From Thermoplasmata archaeon (lineage in GTDB: Archaea > Thermoplasmatota > Thermoplasmata > Lutacidiplasmatales > UBA184): DNA of 64,000 nucleotides. Each line of letters begins with the position of its first letter. Position 1 is the first letter of the stretch. The notes under the pieces are model-generated. The model was not told the origin of the DNA. It saw only the letters and a program-made list of their open reading frames with translations, and searched no databases. This document shows positions 28,825 to 39,099 of the stretch, piece after piece. The position numbers were made by a program, and so were the translations under genes. Location: the NCBI GenBank assembly GCA_022749815.1, contig JAKIWV010000002.1:194478-258477 (forward strand). Reading direction: 5' to 3'.

Positions 28825-29706
28825 ATGGCCCGAGTCTGGTTCGAAGGTCTACCGGATTACTCCACCCTCGGCGGGACCATCGAGGGGATGCTCGGACTCG
28901 AGGCGGACGGGGTCGTTCGGGCGACGGACCTCCTCCTCCATCTGCATGGATTGGAGACGTCACAGGTCACCGTGGGTTCCGGCAAGTCCCGGAGGGTCAT
29001 CGTCGAGCACGCGTCCTTCCTAGAACTCGTCTCGTCATTCCACGACTCGCTGCACTTCCAGGACGCCAACCATGTGGGGCCCGGCACATACCGATTCCCG
29101 TTCCGTTTCGACATCCCTGCGACCGCGGAGCCGTCGCTGGCGACCGAGGAGCTCCCCCGAAGCCGTGGACGGCTCAGCCAGCGTCCGGACGGGATGTACG
29201 TCGAGTACGAGCTGGAGGCCCGACTGACCGTCCCGTGGTGGGTGGACCCGCTCGACCGCGAGGTCGTGCCGGTGTATTCTCCCCGCCGGGTGCTCGGCGC
29301 CGTGCCGGCTTTCTCGACCGAGGCGGGCCCGGACCGGCCGACCGTCCAAGTTCGCATCGACCCGGTGATGATCCTCCCCGGGACGACCGTCACCGGAAGC
29401 TTTGCGATCCAGAACCCTCACTTGAAGGAACTGCCTCAGCTGACCGTGACGTTGTTCCGCCACGTGGAATACCACGCCTCCAGGACCTCCGCTCTTCGGG
29501 AGGCTCCTCAATTCCCCGCCGCGATCCAACTCGGGGCCCGTGCTCCGAGCTACCAGGGGACGTTCGGGATCGCGGTCCCCAATATCTCTGAAACGACAGG
29601 GCCGTTTACCGGCGAGCTGTATCGAACCTACTGGGTCGCCCGGGCCGAGCTCGAGGTAAGTCTAGGGTTCAACGTTCGAATGGACGCCATCTTCACCCCC
29701 GCTTGA
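28825..29706 (+). CDS. Arrestin-fold (Arrestin_N/Spo0M-like) protein
   Basis: GTYRFPFRFDIP...PS...VEYELEARL.VPW and a second Ig-like half. The start was trimmed to ATG 28825. Confidence 0.65.
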   Translation: MARVWFEGLPDYSTLGGTIEGMLGLEADGVVRATDLLLHLHGLETSQVTVGSGKSRRVIVEHASFLELVSSFHDSLHFQDANHVGPGTYRFPFRFDIPATAEPSLATEELPRSRGRLSQRPDGMYVEYELEARLTVPWWVDPLDREVVPVYSPRRVLGAVPAFSTEAGPDRPTVQVRIDPVMILPGTTVTGSFAIQNPHLKELPQLTVTLFRHVEYHASRTSALREAPQFPAAIQLGARAPSYQGTFGIAVPNISETTGPFTGELYRTYWVARAELEVSLGFNVRMDAIFTPA

Positions 29707-29805
29707 CGGAGCACGCCGTCGCCTCACCGCCACGTCCGTTCGGAGCGGGTCGTCCGACCGATTCGGTTATCAATCGGGGTCCGCTCAATCCTGAGGAGCC
29801 AATCC

Positions 29806-30195
29806 GTGGCACTCGCGAAAGGCGTGGCTCGGGTAGTGGCGCTGATCCTCGTCGGACTCGCGTTCGTAGTGGTCGGAGGGACGATCTGGGGCGTGTGCGC
29901 CAGCGCTCCGCAGGTCAACGGGGTCGCCCCCAACTGCGGCCCGGGGCCCGCGGCCGTCATCGCGCTTGGGATCCTTCTCATCCTCGTGGGCATCGGGGTC
30001 GGGGTGGCCTCGGCGTACAGCGGCCCACGAACGATCTATCCGACGATGGACCCGGCCATCCCGCCCCCCTTGGTGCGGCCCGTGGTCGTGCAGGAGACGA
30101 TCGTGCAACAGACAGTGGAGGTCCGGTGCCGGTACTGTGGAGGCCTGAACCCCGTGACAGCCACCAAGTGCTCGTCCTGCGGCGCCGCCCTCTGA
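29806..30195 (+). CDS. Membrane protein with C-terminal zinc ribbon
   Basis: Two TMs and VRCRYCG.LN.....CSSCGAAL. Confidence 0.8.
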   Translation: MALAKGVARVVALILVGLAFVVVGGTIWGVCASAPQVNGVAPNCGPGPAAVIALGILLILVGIGVGVASAYSGPRTIYPTMDPAIPPPLVRPVVVQETIVQQTVEVRCRYCGGLNPVTATKCSSCGAAL

Positions 30196-30242
30196 TCCCG
30201 CCCGTCCCCTTCCGCGAGCGAGCGGGGGCCCGAATCCCAACG

Positions 30243-30683
30243 CTAGGCAGCCGGCGGTCCCGAAGAGCCGCCGGCCCGGGGTCCATCGGTAGCGGGCTTC
30301 CGAATCTGGACGTAGAGCCAAATGGCAACGAGGAACAAAGCGGTCTCGAGCGTCACCAGGACGTACTCGAGATTGGAGATGGCAGTGGGAGGGCTCTGGG
30401 TGGCAAATTGACCGGTCTGATCGAGGATGAAGCCCGGGATCACCAGAAAGATCCCGAGGCCCGCGAGAACGGCGGAAACACTCGGCCGACCGCGCAAAAA
30501 GGCCAAGGCAACGGCGTTCAGAATGGCGGTCACGAAAACGAGGACGAGGGTGAAGACTCCGATGGGATGAATGAGCTTGAGATTTCGGGTTTCGAAACCC
30601 GAGAGCGGGGTCAGAAGGAACACTGTGACGAACATCGCAACGGCAAGCGCTACGAGTACCATTCCGGGTCGCGACAGGCTCAT
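30243..30683 (-). CDS. Four-TM membrane protein (GxETR family)
   Basis: GFETR motif, DQ.G....PP; similar to 26489-26887. Confidence 0.7.
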   Translation of the reverse strand: MSLSRPGMVLVALAVAMFVTVFLLTPLSGFETRNLKLIHPIGVFTLVLVFVTAILNAVALAFLRGRPSVSAVLAGLGIFLVIPGFILDQTGQFATQSPPTAISNLEYVLVTLETALFLVAIWLYVQIRKPATDGPRAGGSSGPPAA

Positions 30684-30705
30684 TCCGATCCCCCCCGTGC
30701 GCGAA

Positions 30706-30900
30706 TCATCCGCTCGGTGCCCCTCGAAAGGCGAGGTCACCTTGGTCCCACAGATAACTTAGCCCGGTCAAGACCACCCCGATCGCTGCCACGGTAGCGA
30801 GGGCGACAAAGAGGGGGTCGCTCGAATCCAGATAGAGAGCCATCAGGGCCCCGACGATGAAGAGAGCGCGACCAGGGCCAGCCCGGTCAACAGTAGGCAT
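30706..30900 (-). CDS. Small two-TM membrane protein
   Basis: ATG 30900, two hydrophobic helices, directly upstream of 30683. Confidence 0.45.
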   Translation of the reverse strand: MPTVDRAGPGRALFIVGALMALYLDSSDPLFVALATVAAIGVVLTGLSYLWDQGDLAFRGAPSG

Positions 30901-30990
30901 GGCTTCATGTTTCAGCGGTAGTCGCGACAGGTCACGGGTAAAAGAAGGCCCTTCCGCCCGCCGGGGAGTCACCCAGGGGCTTCGCCCTTG

Positions 30991-31010
30991 GGAGCAATCA
31001 ACATTGCACC
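30991..31010 (+). repeat. Dif-like site copy 3: GGAGCAA-TCAACA-TTGCACC
   Basis: Matches consensus; intergenic. Confidence 0.75.
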
Positions 31011-31048
31011 TCTCCGGAAACCGTTCCCAACCTTCGAATCGAGAGTGA

Positions 31049-32034
31049 TTATTGACCCCTGAGGCGGCGCCGAAGCCACCCCAACGATTCGACACCCTGT
31101 GCATGCTGGAATGGCCGCAGCGTAGACAGGCCCGGAGGTGGCGGCTTCCGGGAATTTCCAAGGAAGAATCCGGTCAACCCGGAGAGGATTGAATCTACGT
31201 CCTCTGGGCGCGCGTCATGACTTAGTGGGCTCTCGTCGAACGTGAACCATGGCTTCGGACCACCTTGCATTGCAACGCTGGGCAGGAACATGAGCAAGTC
31301 GATCCACCCGGCCCCAATGCACGCGGAGGGCCAGTCGGCAAGAAGATTCGTCGTTTGGTTACAAGGAGATTGTCTGCCCGAACATCGGAATGAAGCAACG
31401 TAGAGCCTGATGCGGCTTCGGGGAGATTTGCTTCCAGCTGCGTGAGTTGGTCCAAGTGCTCCACAACCCATGGATCTACGTCCGTGAGGGCATCGGTTCC
31501 GTGGCAACGAGCCTCCCCCATTTCCCGCCACAGGCTGAACATTCGACGGTGCCTCTCCTCAAAGGTTGGTGCTGAGAAAGGCGCCGGTGTGAAGAGTGAA
31601 CTAAGCGACTCGACGGCCCTGAGGACCCGCTTGAGTTCGGCTGCTCTCCAGGGGAGATGTGGGGTATGCCCATCCACCTCCTCGAGAAAGAGACCCACCC
31701 AACGCCCGTCGTCGTAGGTTGAAAGTAGATGTGGGACCGGGGACTCCGGAGGCATCTGGGCCAGAACCCGTGCCTCCGTCCGGTGAAACTCAACCGAGTC
31801 GGGGTTCGGGTCGCGACCCACAACCTTCGCGAAAACTCTCCGTCCGTCGGACAAGCGCAACCGCGAAGCGACACCCGGCGAGAATCCGCCGGGCTCAGAT
31901 TGTGTATCATCCACGTGCGCACCGAGGTGCTGCTCGAGCGCACTTCGGACCGAGCCCGGGAGATCTGACCAGACGCTTCGTTCGCCTTCCGCGGGCGGAC
32001 CTGTCCTTTGTTCCTCGGTAGACCGGCGAGTCAC
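31049..32034 (-). pseudogene. Frameshifted APH-like phosphotransferase
   Basis: GGFSPG, VFAK, HSDVRADN in one frame. The DW motif and C-terminus (DWPSACIGAGWIDL) lie in another frame after about 31340. Confidence 0.85.
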
Positions 32035-32093
32035 GGGTCTTAGTTGAACTCGATGAACGATAAGGTGGTTGCAGAGCTGCTCTAAATGACGAG

Positions 32094-32113
32094 GGTGCAA
32101 TCTGCATTGCAAC
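32094..32113 (+). repeat. Dif-like site copy 4: GGTGCAA-TCTGCA-TTGCAAC
   Basis: Left arm CGAGGGTGCAA is identical to copy 1; intergenic. Confidence 0.78.
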
Positions 32114-32202
32114 CCGGGCGAGGGGAACGCGAGCCTCACCCGGCGATTGCGGACCCCTAAAGAGACCGACCCGGTTGCTCCCGCATCGGGAGGTGGGTTG
32201 GG

Positions 32203-34137
32203 ATGAAGAGTAGGACGCCTCCACGACAAAGGCCAAAAAGAAAAAAGGCGTCGAACCGCGCAGCCCACCGTAACCGTCCCTCCGCCGCTGAAGCAGGCCT
32301 CGACCTGGAGGCGTTGTGCCGGCTTCCGTCGCTCCTATTCCCCAAGTTGTCCTGGCGCCGCGACCGCTTCGCGTACTATTGGGATGGAACGGGTCGTATC
32401 GAGCTCTACGTACGGTCAATCGACCGCGACGACCCCCGCCAGTTGAGCCACGGTGAAGTTCCTCGCTCCCTCCGGTGGCGGCCGATCTGGGATCGCAGCG
32501 ATCGGTCACTGGTGTTCATTAGGGACATCGGGGGGGACGAGCGCTACGACCTATTCCGAATCGATCGCGGCTCGGGGGCGGTCCACCAGCTGACGGACCG
32601 CCCGGCCGACAGCTACCCGACTGAATTCAGCCCGGACAACCGATGGATCTTGTTGCAGTCGAACATGGTCGGCAAGGGTGGACGGGCTCAGTCCAACCTG
32701 TGGCGGGTACCAGCGGACGGCGGAACGCCCGAGCAGATCACCGACTACGAGTCCCCGGTATCGATCTTCGGTTTCGGTACGGCCACGTGGAGCCCCGATG
32801 GGCGACAGATTGCCTACTCTGCGAACGAGACCGCCGACCCTCGCAACCAGGATGTCTATCTCTGCAACGCCGACGGGACGAACGCGCGGCGTGTCTTTCG
32901 GGGGGGAGCCGGCTCCCACGACAGCGTCGCGGGATGGCACCCGGACGGACGCCGGCTCGCTCTGTCCTCCGACGTCAGCGGTCGTTACCAGTCCGGAGTC
33001 CTCGACCTCGGGAGAGAGGCGGTACAGTGGTTTGGGGACGGGCGGCGCGACGAATCGCCCGTAGAGTTTTCGCCGGACGGCCGTTCGTTGCTTACGGTGG
33101 TTTTGGATGGAGTGCGCGTCGCTCCTCGAATGTACTCCGTGGCCAGCCGTCGCGGACAGAACGTCGAGACAGAGGGCGGCGTAGTGCTGGACCAAGAATT
33201 TGCTCCCGACGGTCGCACCGTCCTGGCGTGGTACCAGAGCCCCGTGCGACGAGGCGAGTTCGCACGGCTCCGCGCCGGCCACCCGCCCGAGACTCTCCTG
33301 CCCGCCGAATACGGCTCCGTGGACCGAAGCGCCTTCGTGAACCCCCGCACGGTGCGCTACAAGTCCTTCGACGGCCGCCGGGTCGAAGCGCTGCTCTACT
33401 CCCCGAGGTCTCCCCGACCACGATCGCTTCCTGCCTTGGTCGAAGTCCACGGAGGCCCTACCGGCCAGTTCGCCCGCTTCTTCGACGAGACAACCCAGTA
33501 CATCGTTAGTCGCGGATTCGTGGTCCTTCAACCGAACATTCGCGGGAGCACCGGATACGGGATCGAGTTCCAGGACCTCAACCGGCACGACTGGGGCGGG
33601 GGAGACTTGCAGGACGTGGTCGCCGGGGCCCGGTTCCTCGCGAGCCTTCCGTTCGTGAATCCGAAGCGCCTCGGGATCTGGGGTGGGAGTTTCGGCGGGT
33701 TCATGACATACCTCGCGACCGTGAAAGTGCCCGACCTGTGGCACGCGGCGTGCGCGTGGGTAGGAGTCACCGACCTCGAGCTCCTCTACCAGGAGTCCCG
33801 GGAGCACTACCAATACTTCCTCCGTGAACAGATGGGAGACCCCGAAAAGAACCGCCGCCTCTGGCAGGACCGAAGCGCGATCAATTTCGCGGAGAGGCTT
33901 AGGGCCAAGCTGCTGATGGTTCACGGGATCAACGACCCACGGTGTCCCATCGACCAAGCCCGCCGGTACCGGGACCGGCTGCTCGCGTTGGGTCGACGGG
34001 AAGGCTCAGATTTCGAGTATGTCGAATTGGGGGAGGAGGGCCATGGCTCGGCCGACATCGAGCAGAAGCTCCGCTCGGCTCGGGTCGTGACCGGCTTCTT
34101 CGAGAAGGCGCTGGGCGCTCCCCGGGCCCCCACCTAG
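32203..34137 (+). CDS. S9 family peptidase
   Basis: PD40-like WSPDG repeats, HGGP, PNIRGSTGYG, GGSFGG, HGINDPRC, EGHG. Confidence 0.95.
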   Translation: MKSRTPPRQRPKRKKASNRAAHRNRPSAAEAGLDLEALCRLPSLLFPKLSWRRDRFAYYWDGTGRIELYVRSIDRDDPRQLSHGEVPRSLRWRPIWDRSDRSLVFIRDIGGDERYDLFRIDRGSGAVHQLTDRPADSYPTEFSPDNRWILLQSNMVGKGGRAQSNLWRVPADGGTPEQITDYESPVSIFGFGTATWSPDGRQIAYSANETADPRNQDVYLCNADGTNARRVFRGGAGSHDSVAGWHPDGRRLALSSDVSGRYQSGVLDLGREAVQWFGDGRRDESPVEFSPDGRSLLTVVLDGVRVAPRMYSVASRRGQNVETEGGVVLDQEFAPDGRTVLAWYQSPVRRGEFARLRAGHPPETLLPAEYGSVDRSAFVNPRTVRYKSFDGRRVEALLYSPRSPRPRSLPALVEVHGGPTGQFARFFDETTQYIVSRGFVVLQPNIRGSTGYGIEFQDLNRHDWGGGDLQDVVAGARFLASLPFVNPKRLGIWGGSFGGFMTYLATVKVPDLWHAACAWVGVTDLELLYQESREHYQYFLREQMGDPEKNRRLWQDRSAINFAERLRAKLLMVHGINDPRCPIDQARRYRDRLLALGRREGSDFEYVELGEEGHGSADIEQKLRSARVVTGFFEKALGAPRAPT

Positions 34138-34270
34138 ATCCGCTCAGGCAGACCAGCCCAGTGCGAGACAGCACAGACCGGGCCGGATCCGGTCGATCTA
34201 GTGGGGGCCCGTTCAGACAAACCTAATCCCCGTGACGGAGATGCGGGAGAGCGTGACGGCTGCCCCACCG

Positions 34271-34510
34271 ATGGCCCCCCGGCCGAGAGCGTCGTACATG
34301 CCTTCCCGAGCGCGCGTTGTGGCGTCCATCCTGGGGCCGGTGGCCTGGCTCAGTTTCACGCTGTTGTACGTGGGGTTCTGGGCGCAGGGGTTCAGCTTCT
34401 TTCAGAGCGTGATCGTGATTCTCGTCTCGATCATCGTCCTCGCCGGACTCATGGCAGCCCTGTGGGCCTCGTGGGGGATGGGCCACCGCCGATGGGGCTG
34501 GGACGAGTAG
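34271..34510 (+). CDS. Small two-TM membrane protein
   Basis: SILG.VAWL.F.LLY..FW...FS.FQ...WASWG pattern, typical of small archaeal membrane proteins. Confidence 0.65.
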   Translation: MAPRPRASYMPSRARVVASILGPVAWLSFTLLYVGFWAQGFSFFQSVIVILVSIIVLAGLMAALWASWGMGHRRWGWDE

Positions 34511-34519
34511 GTTCGGCTG

Positions 34520-34705
34520 GAGTCCTCGCAGGTCGTACCGGACCCCCGTCCCGTTCTTGGAGTAGACTTCGGATTCGCGGTTCCTCATCCGGTGGTCGGC
34601 GATGCCGACACGAATCCACATGACCGGCGGTCCGTGGCCCGACCGCTCGTAGTACAGTCGACCGCCCGAGACGTCCAGCAGTCCCGAGCTATTCCGACGG
34701 GACAT
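34520..34705 (-). pseudogene. N-terminal fragment of alpha/beta hydrolase
   Basis: V.GGRLYYE.SG.GPPV..I..GIAD.RM...VRYDLRG, then truncation against the opposing gene. Confidence 0.7.
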
Positions 34706-34797
34706 CGTCCAAGAGGTTCCGAGGCTGGGAGCGTTCCACTCCTTATAGCGGTGGTTCGGAATCGCCCTGGCAGCGACCGAGGAGGGAGAAAGGGCGA

Positions 34798-35361
34798 ATG
34801 GGGGCCAGAGTGCTGTCGCCGTTCACTGCCATCGATCGCCTGCGGGGGAGACTCGTGGCGCTTCGGTCTCTTCGGGTCACGGATGCCTCAGCGTTGGATA
34901 CCCTGTTGCGCGACGGCCGCGTCACCCGGCTGCTCCCGCCGAGGGTTCGGCGGGAGACCGGGCGGCAATTCGTCACCCGGGTCCTTCGGGAGCAGCGGAG
35001 AGGCGAGGGAGTATCGTTCGCGGTCCTCCCACTTGGGAGCGACGAGGTCATCGGGCAGATCCGGCTGATCAACTGGTCTCGATCCGAACGAACGGCGGAG
35101 GTGGGATATTGGTTCCGCCGGAAGTATTGGGGTCGAGGCTTCGCCACGGATGCGCTCCGGCTGACGTGCCGGTTCGGCTTCCGGCACCTGTCCCTCCATC
35201 GGATCGAGGCGATCGTCGTAGTCGGCAACGTTGGGTCGAGACGCGTGTTGGAGCACGTCGGTTTCCGGCTGGAAGGCCGGAGCCGGCGCGCTGCTCGCCT
35301 CGCCGTTCGTTGGGCCGATGAGTGGCGTTTCGGGCTCCTGCGCGGGGAACTGCGGTGTTGA
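34798..35361 (+). CDS. GNAT acetyltransferase (RimJ/RimL type)
   Basis: AEVGYW...YWGRGFATDA, N.GSRRVLE.VGFRLEG. Confidence 0.92.
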   Translation: MGARVLSPFTAIDRLRGRLVALRSLRVTDASALDTLLRDGRVTRLLPPRVRRETGRQFVTRVLREQRRGEGVSFAVLPLGSDEVIGQIRLINWSRSERTAEVGYWFRRKYWGRGFATDALRLTCRFGFRHLSLHRIEAIVVVGNVGSRRVLEHVGFRLEGRSRRAARLAVRWADEWRFGLLRGELRC

Positions 35362-35438
35362 ATGCCCGGAGACATTTCAGATCCTAGTCGTTCTTGAGGA
35401 ACGCGCTGCGGGACGGGCCGTCTGCCCCCCAAGTCACT

Positions 35439-35978
35439 TCACCGGACGGTGACGTCCTTCCGCATTCGGATCTCACGGACCCCGGCTCCGATCGATCGGG
35501 TCCAGGCGTTCTCCTCCTCACCGGTAATCTGGAAACCGTGGCCCTGCCACCATCGGAGGGACTTCCACGGCACCCCCGCGGCGCTCCGGCTCGTCCCGAG
35601 GGTCACCGCGTGCTGGCCGTGCTGCCGGGCGTGTTCTTCGACGAACCGCACCAGCTGGCGGCCGATCCCCCGGCGTTGATGGTCCCGGGAAACGTCGATA
35701 TTGTTCAATTCCAAAATTTCGCCGCGGTTCTCAAGGGTCACGTAGCCGACCACGCGCCGGCCGACCTCCGCGACGAAAATCTCCTCTCCGCCTGCGCGGT
35801 TCGGCTCGTGCCATGCCGCCGCGAGTCTGCCCTCGTCTGTGAAGGTCTGCTGAGACCACGGCCGGCCGAACCCGACCCCCTCACTCTCCGTCGTCGAGGA
35901 GGTGGCACACCGGACCAGGGCCGGGATGTCCTCTCGCGTGGCCGGACGAACTCGAATTTCTAGGTGGCCAGATGACAC
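35439..35978 (-). CDS. GNAT acetyltransferase
   Basis: IDV..DHQRRGIGRQL motif A. Confidence 0.88.
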   Translation of the reverse strand: MSSGHLEIRVRPATREDIPALVRCATSSTTESEGVGFGRPWSQQTFTDEGRLAAAWHEPNRAGGEEIFVAEVGRRVVGYVTLENRGEILELNNIDVSRDHQRRGIGRQLVRFVEEHARQHGQHAVTLGTSRSAAGVPWKSLRWWQGHGFQITGEEENAWTRSIGAGVREIRMRKDVTVR

Positions 35979-36468
35979 GCGACGCCAAGAAGGACGCGAT
36001 ACATCTCATTTCCAGTCAGGGCCGCTCACTCGCCCGTGATGGAGCGACCCCTCCGATACCGCACGGGGATTTGGGGCGGGGCTTCTTGGTCCTGCGCCGG
36101 AAGCGGGGCCCTAAGCCAAGCGCGGAAGGGGCGGCGCGTCACTCCGATTCGACTTTGGAAAGTAATCGAAGAAACGTTCGGTGGTCCCCTCGCTCGTCCT
36201 CTCCGCCCTCAACCGGGTCCGCTACTCAACCCTGTGGTGGGCGGAGAGTTGGACTCGATTCAGCTCCCCTGGGCGCGTTCCACCCATCTCGGAGGTGACC
36301 GTCGGGCCTCGGCATGTTGTAGGGAAGGTTCAATGATTCGACCCAAAGCAAATGACCGAAACCTCGCCTCCGCTTGCGGCGATCGCATTAGGTCGCTTCC
36401 TACCGGTGGAACCGAACCCCGGGGTGGGCACAATATAAGCCCCATGTCGCTGGAGTGGCCGTCAATCG

Positions 36469-36903
36469 ATGGTAGTCCCCAGCGGGCCGCCCGGGAGAGT
36501 GGCCCTGCTCGGGGCCGTTCCGTTGCTTTCGAAGTTGACACCGAGCCAGCTCGAGAAGATCGCTGCGACCGGGGCGGATCGAACGTTCCATCGCGGAGAG
36601 ACCATCGTCCGACAGGGAGAGAAGGGCGTCGGCCTCTACCTCCTCTTGAGCGGTTCGGCCGACGTCCGACGATCCGGCCAGAAGGTCGCGTCGTTGTCCG
36701 CGGGCCAGTTCTTTGGAGAGGCAGCCCTCTTGGTGGATACACCGCGGACCGCGGAGGTTTTCGCGATTACGGAGGTCCGGTGCTTCGTCCTGAACCGCTG
36801 GGATTTCTGGGGGGCCGTCGGCGTCGATCCCCAAGCGAATCGAGCCCTGTTTGAAGAGACGGTCCAACGGCTCAAGTCGTTCCACACGGAGTTGGTCGAA
36901 TAG
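36469..36903 (+). CDS. Stand-alone cyclic nucleotide-binding domain protein
   Basis: GETIVRQGE.G..LY.L.SG, GQFFGE.ALL...PRTA.V.A. Confidence 0.92.
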   Translation: MVVPSGPPGRVALLGAVPLLSKLTPSQLEKIAATGADRTFHRGETIVRQGEKGVGLYLLLSGSADVRRSGQKVASLSAGQFFGEAALLVDTPRTAEVFAITEVRCFVLNRWDFWGAVGVDPQANRALFEETVQRLKSFHTELVE

Positions 36904-36924
36904 CACCCGCCGCGGCTCGAAAAG

Positions 36925-37902
36925 CTAGGAGGCGGGGGAGCGGCTCGATCCGTCAGGGCGGACTTCTCGGAGCCGAGGCCTCGAGGTTGGCGAAGGGAGC
37001 CGGCTTCGTCGGGGCTTCGCCACGGGACTGAAGCTCCAGACCGTCCGCGGTGGTCTCAGCGAGGGCGTGCTTTCAAAGATTCGATGGATTCGCCCAAGCG
37101 CTTCGTTGCCTCGTTGTGTGAGGTCTGCGATCCGGTCGTACCGGGCAAGTGCCGCCGGGATTGGATCGGCCGTCGGGTCCATCGGGCGCCACGCGTCCCA
37201 TAGAAGGAGCTCCTGACGGTTGAGCGAACAGAAATCGAGAATGAGTCGACTTCGAACGAACCAGAGTCCTCGTAAGGAACCCCTCGATTCGACCCCAAAG
37301 GAGCGGGGGTCGGCCTGTGATTCTCGGCACAATTGCCAGGCCCGACCGCCGACCAAGAATCGGTCCCGCGGAACGTCGATCGGTACGAAGGGGAGGCGGT
37401 TGTACTCAACGAGCCGCTCGCTCTGCTCGGGGTCCACGAGATGCCATCGACCGGCTCCTCGGTCCCAAACTTCGGCGATCGTATGGTCAACGTGGAAACC
37501 GGCCGGTTCATCTCGGAAGTAGGTGGCGAACCCCACTCGCACGCGACAGGGGATCCCTTGATGCCGGGCCATGGCGCAGAAGAGTACCGCAAAGTCGCGA
37601 CAGCATCCCACGATCCTGCGTTCGACGGGTCGGGGCTCCGATAGCGGACGTTCATCCATTGCCGCCAGACGAGCGAGCATCCGCGAGACGAGTCGAGTAT
37701 CGACTTCTCGCAGTCTCTCCCGGGGGAGGCGCGCTTTCACGACTTCCTGACTTCGGTAGTGCACCACGAGGCCCTGGACAATCTGACAGAGACCGGAAAT
37801 TCCATTCGGCAGGTCCGCAAAGAGTCGTTGGTGCTTTCCTGGGTCGGTGAATAGGCTCTGGCGAGTGTAGTACGTGACGGCTGCGGAGAGACGATCCGGC
37901 AT
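36925..37902 (-). CDS. Transglutaminase-like protein
   Basis: GCCRDF, R.RVGFA.Y, DH...EVW, W.LVD (Cys-His-Asp triad). Confidence 0.88.
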   Translation of the reverse strand: MPDRLSAAVTYYTRQSLFTDPGKHQRLFADLPNGISGLCQIVQGLVVHYRSQEVVKARLPRERLREVDTRLVSRMLARLAAMDERPLSEPRPVERRIVGCCRDFAVLFCAMARHQGIPCRVRVGFATYFRDEPAGFHVDHTIAEVWDRGAGRWHLVDPEQSERLVEYNRLPFVPIDVPRDRFLVGGRAWQLCRESQADPRSFGVESRGSLRGLWFVRSRLILDFCSLNRQELLLWDAWRPMDPTADPIPAALARYDRIADLTQRGNEALGRIHRIFESTPSLRPPRTVWSFSPVAKPRRSRLPSPTSRPRLREVRPDGSSRSPAS

Positions 37903-38006
37903 AGTTCGGACCCCAAGCCGCGCGCACTGTCCTCCGCCCCATGAACCCTCCCCTCCGAGCGACGAGGGGCTGTCGCCGGCCTAGGGTATTCTCTTCCGGA
38001 GCGCAA

Positions 38007-38144
38007 TCAGTCGTAGGCGCTGTCCTCGCTCATTCGCATGATCATTCCCCCGCATCGGGGGCATTGGACCAGGCGCCATTCGGGCTCGACTGTGATCACT
38101 GCGCGACACGTCGGGCAGACCACTTGTTGACTCGTTCCGGTCAT
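38007..38144 (-). CDS. 45-aa CPxC/CPxCG zinc-finger microprotein (below the ORF-track cutoff)
   Basis: Translated by hand: MTGTSQQVVCPTCRAVITVEPEWRLVQCPRCGGMIMRMSEDSAYD. Confidence 0.7.
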   Translation of the reverse strand: MTGTSQQVVCPTCRAVITVEPEWRLVQCPRCGGMIMRMSEDSAYD

Positions 38145-38352
38145 CCGTCCATCGCGATCCAGCGGCCTGCGTCGCCGGCGTAACCTCCTTCGGTGTCAAA
38201 AGGAAACCGTACTGGGCATGTCCGCCGGTGGTCCTTCTCTTCCAGAATGTCCTAGCGGCCCCATCAAGGCGGAGAACCTCCCGACCTGTCTGGACTCGGA
38301 GGATCTGAGGAGCGGGTCCAAGAGACTCGGGCCTCTCATCGGCACGGCCGAT

Positions 38353-38904
38353 TCAATCGCTCGATTCCTCTGACGTGACGAACTCGGACACCGACGGAGC
38401 GCCGGGTCGGCGGGAGAGAAGCTCGATGGGGTCGCCCGTTCCCATTTCTCCCTCGTCGATGACCGCAAGGTAGAAGCCGGAACGCCGCGAACGATAGAAC
38501 CGCTCGATCATGTCGGACCGGCCGAACGCCGCGTTCATTTTGTAGCACGGGCTCCGCGGTTGCGTAACCTCTAGCGTGGCGGATCCAATGCGTACGTTGT
38601 CCCCGATGCACGCGGTCGATTCGAGCCACCCGCTGGTGGTAAGGTTCTCCCCGAAAGATCCCCAACCCAGGGAAGGGGAAACGAGCGTCTCTCGCCAGAA
38701 GCCGTAGTGCTCCGACGGGTAAACGTAGACGGCCTTTCGTCGCCCGCCGTGCACGCTCCGATCGGCCTGATCGTCACCTAGGAAGTTCACACCGCGGAGC
38801 GGGATTCGGCCTTGGACCGGGTGCTTCCTGAACCCCGTCCGGATCTGACGGCCCTCCCAACGGATGACCTCAACCTCCCCGACGTTGAGGGAAACCACGT
38901 TCAT
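38353..38904 (-). CDS. MOSC domain protein (YiiM-like)
   Basis: GDDQADR.VHGG..KAV, FGENLT, QPRSPCYK, SGFY..V. Confidence 0.92.
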   Translation of the reverse strand: MNVVSLNVGEVEVIRWEGRQIRTGFRKHPVQGRIPLRGVNFLGDDQADRSVHGGRRKAVYVYPSEHYGFWRETLVSPSLGWGSFGENLTTSGWLESTACIGDNVRIGSATLEVTQPRSPCYKMNAAFGRSDMIERFYRSRRSGFYLAVIDEGEMGTGDPIELLSRRPGAPSVSEFVTSEESSD

Positions 38905-39099
38905 CAGGCCCTCGCGAGCCGATTCGCGCTGTTACGGTTTCGCTGTTTCGTTGGCGGCGTGTAGCTACCGTAGAAGACTCCACGGACGGGGGGTTCTCGT
39001 TCAGGGGCGGAGCGGGCCGAATCTGGAGTTTGCCTCGGGCTGGGGGCCATTGGGGTTCCAGAAGCGACCGTTATGTTGTCCCTTGCCTTGCGTCGATGG

